DNA of 64,000 bases from Actinomycetes bacterium (lineage in GTDB: Bacteria > Actinomycetota > Acidimicrobiia > Acidimicrobiales > Bog-793). The stretch covers positions 6,156 through 70,155 of the forward strand of contig JAKABW010000006.1 in the NCBI GenBank assembly GCA_021796535.1. Direction: 5' to 3'. Numbering within the stretch: position 1 is the first letter of the stretch; each line of letters begins with the position of its first letter. The notes under the pieces were generated by a model that was not told the DNA's origin, searched no databases, and was given only the letters and a program-made list of their open reading frames with translations. The position numbers were made by a program, and so were the translations under genes. Positions 58,583 to 64,000 of this stretch are shown piece after piece.

Positions 58583-59254
58583 GTGATGGTTTTATTTTCA
58601 CGCAGGGATGCCACGCCGTCCGGCGTTGTCAAAGATAACAAAGGCTTCGGATCCGACACGGCGGAATCGGGCAAGCCGCTTTGGGTCGTCATGGGGCTTG
58701 CCAATCCGGGTTCTCAATATGAGGGGACGCGTCACAATGTCGGTGCGGAAGCCGTACGCAGAATTGCCATTAGGCAAAATCTGTCGTTGAAGCCGGAAAA
58801 AGGCATAGCCGCTGTTGTCGCATCGTACGAAGAAAGCCAAAAAAAAGTGGTTCTGGCGGTGCCGAACACGTATATGAACGAATCCGGCTTGGCAGCAAGG
58901 GACTTAAAAAAACGTTATCAGATTTACAGCCCGTCACACTTGATCGTGGTTCACGACGAGTTGGATTTGGAGCCGGGATCCGTAAAAATTAAATTGGCCG
59001 GAGGTACCGCCGGACATAACGGTCTGAAATCCATACAGGCTTGCCTGGGTTCGGCGGATTTTACCCGCGTCAGAATAGGTATCGGCAAGCCTTTGCACAA
59101 CAGATCCGGAGCCAACCATGTGCTCGGGCGCCCGGATAAAAAAGAGCGCGAAATTCTTGACGTCGCTTTGGAGACAGCCGCCTCCGCTGTAGTCTGGATA
59201 ACAGAATACGGCATAGACGCGGCTATGAATAAATACAACAGCCGCGCAATTTAA
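58583..59254 (+). CDS. pth: Peptidyl-tRNA hydrolase
   Basis: GLANPGSQYEGTRHNVG and HDELDLEPG, GHNGLKS blocks. There is an N-terminal extension of about 30 aa if the 58583 start is used. Confidence 0.9.
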   Translation: MMVLFSRRDATPSGVVKDNKGFGSDTAESGKPLWVVMGLANPGSQYEGTRHNVGAEAVRRIAIRQNLSLKPEKGIAAVVASYEESQKKVVLAVPNTYMNESGLAARDLKKRYQIYSPSHLIVVHDELDLEPGSVKIKLAGGTAGHNGLKSIQACLGSADFTRVRIGIGKPLHNRSGANHVLGRPDKKEREILDVALETAASAVVWITEYGIDAAMNKYNSRAI

Positions 59255-59286
59255 TTAATGCGACAGGGATAAAAGTTTAAAGAACC

Positions 59287-62200
59287 GTGAGACCTTCTTC
59301 TCTACTGAAAATTGTAACCAAAACTCCTTTTTTAACGGATCTGCTGGACTGCTCCGGAGGACATGCGGTAGTGGCGGACCGGCTGCAGCCCTATATTTTT
59401 TCTGCTCTTCTGGAAGAATCCCCCACGGACAGCATCGTTTTGATAGTAACCCCAACCCAAAACGACGCGGAGCACCTGTTCCATGCCATGTCCGTTTTTT
59501 CCGGGGCGGACAGGGTTTTTCACTTCCCGGCTTGGGAGACCCTTCCTTTTGAGAGAATTTCTCCCACAACGGAAGTGATGGGAGAGCGCCTTAAGGTTAT
59601 TTTTGAAACCTGGAAAAGAAAAAAATTCGGATCCGCCCTTTCATCGGACGGCTTTTTGGCGGATAGCTTTCCCGGCGAGAGGGAAACCCGACCCGTCGCG
59701 GTGGTTGCTTCCGTCAGGGCGTTGCTGCAAAGGATGTGCCCGGGGATAGAAAATATAGCCCCCATCGTCATCTCAAAAAACTCCAAGCTGAATCCGGAAG
59801 CACTTCTCGGGGAGTTGGTGCATTTTGGCTACAGACGCGAGTACCAGGTTGAACACAAAGGTGAGTTCGCCGTGCGGGGCGGAATCGTGGATATTTTTCC
59901 GCCGACGGCACAAGAGCCGATCCGCATAGAACTTTTCGGGAACGAAGTCGACAGAATCGGCGTTTTTGACGTGTTTGATCAGAGGAGCACAACGGATTTG
60001 GAGCAGGCTCAAATCTATTCCGCCAGAGAAGTCATTTTATGGCCGATGCTCAGGGAAAAAGCGGCCGAATTGGCCCTAAGCTCAAATTTTGCCAAAGAGC
60101 AGTTTATGAGAATAGCCGACGGAGAATTCTTTGAAGGCATCGAATCCTTTTTGCCGTGGCTCGACGAAAGCCCCCTTTTGCTTACGGACCTGCTTGCCTC
60201 GCCGGATCTTGTCATTTTGGTTGAACCGAGAAGAATGCGCGACAGGGCCAATGATATTCTTGCGGAAGAAGAGTCGATAGCCGCCGGTCTTGCCGTCACT
60301 TGGGACATCAAAGACGTCACCGATCTTCCGAGACTGCATCTGCATTTCGACAGGCTTTTGTCCGATACAAAGGCAAAAAGTGTGTCGGTACTGTCGGTGG
60401 CGGACCGGGAAGAAAGACAGGTTTTACCCCACTCGTCGTGGCCTTTTGTATCCGGGGACTTAACGGCTCTGATCGATAAGCTGCGCTTTTTATGCAAAAA
60501 TGGCTTTACCGTGATCATGTATGCCGACCTGGCTTCTTCGGCCAGGCGGTTTGCGGAGGTATTTGAAGAAGCCTATCTTGACGTAAACAATTTATCGGAA
60601 GGTGCGAGAAACTCAGCCGACGGGGACAATCCGATTAAACAAGGTTTCGTCAACATTTTGATAGGTCAGTTAGACAAAGGATTTATTCTTGATGCCCACA
60701 AACTGGCAGTTTTGTGTGAGCCGGATATCACGAGGAGGACGAGACCTCACCGCGTTCCCCGACAACGCAAAAAAATTACCGAAGGATTCTTTGACGATCT
60801 CAAGATAGGCGGCTTCGTCGTGCACGACGTGCACGGCGTGGCACGGTTTGCCGGGATGGTGAAGAGAGCAATAGGAAATTCGGAACGGGACTACCTGCTG
60901 CTCGAATATAAAGGCGACGACAAGCTCTACATTCCTTCCGATCAGATCGATTCTCTGACGCCTTATACCGGAGGGGAAACCCCGACTCTGAACCGTTTGG
61001 GTACCGGCGAATTCCAACGTCAAAAGGCGCGCGCAAAACAAAAAGTCAGAGAAATTGCACAAGAGCTGCTTGTCTTGTATCAACGCAGACTACACACAAA
61101 AGGTTTTAAGTTTTCCTCCGATACTGTTTGGCAGGGGGAAATGGAACAGTCGTTTGCGTACACGGAGACTCGGGATCAACTCAAAGCCATTGAGGCGGTA
61201 AAAGAAGACATGGAAAAAGAAGCCCCCATGGATCGCCTTGTCTGCGGGGACGTGGGTTTCGGAAAGACGGAAGTGGCGATAAGGGCGGCCTTTAAAGCCA
61301 TACAGGACGGCCGTCAGGTTGCGGTGCTGGTGCCCACCACCCTGCTGGCTCAGCAGCATTATCAGACTTTTAGCGAAAGGTTTGCCCCTTATCCGATCAG
61401 AGTGGAGATGCTTTCCAGATTTCTGACTCAGGCCGAACAGAAAAAAGTCGTAAGAGGCCTTGCTGCCGGTGATGTCGATCTTGTGATAGGGACGCATACT
61501 TTGCTTTCCGGAAATGTTGCTTGGAAGAAACTGGGTTTGCTGATTGTAGACGAAGAACAGCGCTTTGGGGTTTCGCATAAAGAAGCCATAAAAGCCATCT
61601 CCGTCGGCGTGGATGTTCTGACGCTGACGGCGAGTCCCATCCCCAGGACATTGGAAATGGGACTTACAGGCATACGGGATCTGTCTGTCATCGACACCCC
61701 TCCCGCCATGCGTCAGCCGATTCTGACTTATGTCGGCGAGTATGACGAAAGGGTTGTTTCCGAAGCGATCAGGCGCGAGCTGTTGCGCGAGGGACAGGTA
61801 TTTTACGTACACAACAGGGTAACCGACATCGACCATGTGGCACATAAGCTGGCGCTGTTGGTGCCGGAGTCAAGAATTGCCGTGGCACACGGGCAGATGG
61901 AGGAAGCCCATCTGGAGAAAGTGATTTTGGATTTTGCCGCCCGCAAATATGACGTGCTGGTCTGTACCACCATAGTCGAGTCCGGCATCGATATGGGGAA
62001 TGTAAATACGCTGATCATAGACAGGGCGGATTTGCTCGGTTTGGGTCAACTCCATCAGTTGCGCGGCAGGGTGGGCCGCTCGGGACAGCGGGCTTATGCC
62101 TATCTTTTTCATCCAGCCGACCGTGTTTTGAGCGAAGACGCCTACGAAAGACTGAAAACCATAGGGGAGTTCAGTGAACTCGGCGCCGGTTTTAAGATAG

Positions 62201-62820
62201 CCATGCGGGATCTGCAAATAAGGGGCGCAGGCAATTTACTGGGACACGACCAGTCCGGTCATATTGCCTCCGTGGGGTACGATCTTTATGTGCGGATGGT
62301 TTCCGACGCGATCCGGGAATTGAAAGGGGAAGAAATTCCCGTTCCCGCCGAAGTAAAAATAGAACTTCCGGTAAGGGCCAATTTGCCGTCCGGGTACATA
62401 GCAAAAGAAGACTTGCGCCTCGAGGCATACAGACTGCTTGCCAACGTAAGGAGCAAAGAGGAAGCGGAGGACTTGGCGGCGCAGTGGCGGGACCGCTTTG
62501 GTCCTTTGCCGCATTCGGTAAAAGAACTGCTGGTCGCAGCCGAACTCAGGTTGATGTGCCTGGGGCTTGGGATAAAAGAGGTTTCCGTCATTCCCGTAAA
62601 GGAATCTGTCCTTGTCGGGGTCAAGAAGGAGCGGGCAACGGCCCGTCTTTTACCGTTGCAATTGTCGGCATCGGTTCAGGTAAGACTGAGAAGACTTTAC
62701 CCAAAAGCCGTTTACAAAAATGATATCCGGCAGCTGGTGCTCCCTTTGGAAGTCGGCGACGGCTCCTCTCTTACCGGAGAACTCATTGAGGCTCTGAGAA
62801 AAATTTTTCAGCAGAATTAA
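59287..62820 (+). CDS. mfd: Transcription-repair coupling factor
   Basis: 1177 aa. UvrB-homology N-domains, CarD-like RID (VVHDVHGVARF), superfamily-2 helicase motifs GDVGFGKTE and DEEQRFG, and a TRG region. Confidence 0.95.
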   Translation: MRPSSLLKIVTKTPFLTDLLDCSGGHAVVADRLQPYIFSALLEESPTDSIVLIVTPTQNDAEHLFHAMSVFSGADRVFHFPAWETLPFERISPTTEVMGERLKVIFETWKRKKFGSALSSDGFLADSFPGERETRPVAVVASVRALLQRMCPGIENIAPIVISKNSKLNPEALLGELVHFGYRREYQVEHKGEFAVRGGIVDIFPPTAQEPIRIELFGNEVDRIGVFDVFDQRSTTDLEQAQIYSAREVILWPMLREKAAELALSSNFAKEQFMRIADGEFFEGIESFLPWLDESPLLLTDLLASPDLVILVEPRRMRDRANDILAEEESIAAGLAVTWDIKDVTDLPRLHLHFDRLLSDTKAKSVSVLSVADREERQVLPHSSWPFVSGDLTALIDKLRFLCKNGFTVIMYADLASSARRFAEVFEEAYLDVNNLSEGARNSADGDNPIKQGFVNILIGQLDKGFILDAHKLAVLCEPDITRRTRPHRVPRQRKKITEGFFDDLKIGGFVVHDVHGVARFAGMVKRAIGNSERDYLLLEYKGDDKLYIPSDQIDSLTPYTGGETPTLNRLGTGEFQRQKARAKQKVREIAQELLVLYQRRLHTKGFKFSSDTVWQGEMEQSFAYTETRDQLKAIEAVKEDMEKEAPMDRLVCGDVGFGKTEVAIRAAFKAIQDGRQVAVLVPTTLLAQQHYQTFSERFAPYPIRVEMLSRFLTQAEQKKVVRGLAAGDVDLVIGTHTLLSGNVAWKKLGLLIVDEEQRFGVSHKEAIKAISVGVDVLTLTASPIPRTLEMGLTGIRDLSVIDTPPAMRQPILTYVGEYDERVVSEAIRRELLREGQVFYVHNRVTDIDHVAHKLALLVPESRIAVAHGQMEEAHLEKVILDFAARKYDVLVCTTIVESGIDMGNVNTLIIDRADLLGLGQLHQLRGRVGRSGQRAYAYLFHPADRVLSEDAYERLKTIGEFSELGAGFKIAMRDLQIRGAGNLLGHDQSGHIASVGYDLYVRMVSDAIRELKGEEIPVPAEVKIELPVRANLPSGYIAKEDLRLEAYRLLANVRSKEEAEDLAAQWRDRFGPLPHSVKELLVAAELRLMCLGLGIKEVSVIPVKESVLVGVKKERATARLLPLQLSASVQVRLRRLYPKAVYKNDIRQLVLPLEVGDGSSLTGELIEALRKIFQQN

Positions 62821-62857
62821 AAAAACGGCAAAGGCGGACATAGCCTTTGCCGTTTTT
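62821..62857. terminator. Bidirectional intrinsic terminator between the convergent mfd and cytochrome b-like genes
   Basis: aaaaacggcaaaggc-ggacata-gcctttgccgttttt: a perfect stem flanked by A5 and T5 tracts. Confidence 0.85.
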
Positions 62858-62868
62858 CCGTCACAGCA

Positions 62869-64000
62869 CTATTCGTCTTGGAGGTGTGAGTGCAGATCTT
62901 CTTTCTGCGCCGTCTGCGCCGCCATCTCAGGCGGGTTCCCGTGATTTTTGTACCACGTTTTCCAGACCAGACGGTGTATCGGGATAACTCTCGGGATATC
63001 TCTGATGCCCGGAATAAAAGGTACCAACAGAAGCAAAATAGTGGCTATACCGGTCATATAGATGGCGATCAGGTCTACGTTGGAGGAAGATGAAAAGCCG
63101 GGGACCTGGTACCAAAGGGTATAAAGCCACAGCCACGGTTGCCCGGGGTAACTCCCCGATTCGTTCATGACACCCCACTGGGAACCCGTCATGTGCTGGG
63201 AGGAGGCCAGATTTGAGAAATACTGCCCGTCTTCCAAGAACAAAAGCGGCTTTGTAAAGTTGTTGCCGTAAAAATCGCTGTTGGATATCAAGTCCGTATC
63301 CAACGCGCCGGATCTTGCCAAAGCCAATTCCGAAGACAACATCACGGGTACGGGACCGTCATTGGCTTTCGGTACTACGGGGTTACCGCTTTTGAACTTG
63401 AGCTTAAGAAGGGCATTTGAGTAGTTGTTGGCCCAAGTGACCTGTTGTCTCGTGTCGGCGGCGTTGTAAGTCCGAAGGGCTGAGGCAAGGGTGGGATCAG
63501 TTACCGCCTCTTTCTCAAGGGGGTTGAGCACAAACGCTTTGGCCGGATCAATCGGTTCCCTGACCCCGGCCAGGCGTTGCCAGGATACGCCGATGGTTTG
63601 TACGTAGCCGCTGTTGTTGTTGTAAGGGGGACCGTAGACGGCCGTTTCGCTGGTGCCGTCCAGTTCGCTGGTGGCGGTTCCGAGAAAGTCGGCGGGAGCG
63701 ACTTTTGCCCATGACGAGATGGTCACCGGGGGGATGTCGGGGGAAGAAAGCAGGGTGGCCAAAAGCAGTACCAAGATAAGGATAATCATAAAAGCAGCGG
63801 TTGCTTCTTTGATGATGTCGTATTTGCGCAGCGGGCCGCGCCAAGCAGAAGAATCTTCTTTTTTGATTCTGATCCTAGCCGCGAGACCTTTCGATCCGAA
63901 CTGGATGCGCTTTTGCGGCAGGGGATGTGATACCCCTCTTACTCTTACCAAAAGTATGTGGGCTCCGACTATCGTAACAAGCAAAATAGGCATGAGTACT
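62869..64000 (-). CDS. Cytochrome b (QcrB/b6-like) C-terminal portion, 5'-partial, with a large extracytoplasmic insertion
   Basis: The frame is open to the window edge. GAHILLVRVRGVSHPL resembles the helix-D end of b6/QcrB (H-x-L-x-x-R-x-x-G-x-S-x-P). GQPWLWLYTLWY sits where PEWY/PDFY is expected. TM helices flank a hydrophilic segment of about 215 aa. Confidence 0.45.
   Translation of the reverse strand, partial: VLMPILLVTIVGAHILLVRVRGVSHPLPQKRIQFGSKGLAARIRIKKEDSSAWRGPLRKYDIIKEATAAFMIILILVLLLATLLSSPDIPPVTISSWAKVAPADFLGTATSELDGTSETAVYGPPYNNNSGYVQTIGVSWQRLAGVREPIDPAKAFVLNPLEKEAVTDPTLASALRTYNAADTRQQVTWANNYSNALLKLKFKSGNPVVPKANDGPVPVMLSSELALARSGALDTDLISNSDFYGNNFTKPLLFLEDGQYFSNLASSQHMTGSQWGVMNESGSYPGQPWLWLYTLWYQVPGFSSSSNVDLIAIYMTGIATILLLLVPFIPGIRDIPRVIPIHRLVWKTWYKNHGNPPEMAAQTAQKEDLHSHLQDE

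Overview
This is a mid-GC chromosomal window that I infer to be from an Actinomycetota-type genome. The inference rests on gene order. One block runs argS-lysA-hom-thrC-rho-rpmE-prfA-prmC-tsaC-rpiB-glyA-wecA-atpZ/I-atpB-E-F-F'-H-A-G-D-C. A second block runs glmU-prs-rplY-pth-mfd. Both follow the arrangement known from Mycobacterium (Rv1292-Rv1311, Rv1014c-Rv1020) and Streptomyces. An Rv1086-like Z-prenyl diphosphate synthase fits the same picture.

Most of the window is housekeeping sequence:
- the complete F1Fo ATP synthase operon;
- translation and termination factors, plus Thr/Lys biosynthesis genes;
- a TldD/PmbA pair and a copZ-copA-csoR copper operon;
- a DrrAB-like ABC exporter, an aquaporin and a TetR-MFS pair;
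- three tRNA genes: Arg-CCT, Lys-TTT and Arg-CCG.

I found no rRNA, CRISPR array, transposase or integrase.

The accessory or unusual content is as follows.
1. Two tandem AT-rich mini-islands lacking an integrase are stacked on tRNA-Arg(CCT). Each ends in a 43-44 nt copy of the tRNA 3' half. Each carries one toxin-antitoxin pair (Doc plus RHH antitoxin; PIN plus RHH antitoxin). The Doc gene is interrupted by an in-frame TAG.
2. An orphan ArdC-like anti-restriction gene sits in an AT-rich patch inside a small block bounded by two tRNA genes.
3. A 2H-phosphoesterase/GNAT fusion lies next to a membrane-anchored NUDIX protein.
4. GlmU lacks the C-terminal part of its acetyltransferase domain.
5. 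The ATP synthase delta, epsilon and b subunits are atypically extended.
6. A partial QcrB-like cytochrome b has a very large extracytoplasmic insertion.
7. Several clean candidate operators are present: a CsoR box, a 45-nt perfect palindrome upstream of the TetR gene, and a palindrome beside the MarR gene.

I did not find a convincing complete novel multi-gene system. The tRNA-anchored TA cassettes and the 2H-GNAT/NUDIX pair are the best leads.

Several ORF-track start sites are over-extended. I trimmed them where an internal start with an RBS or a homology-consistent N-terminus was visible.
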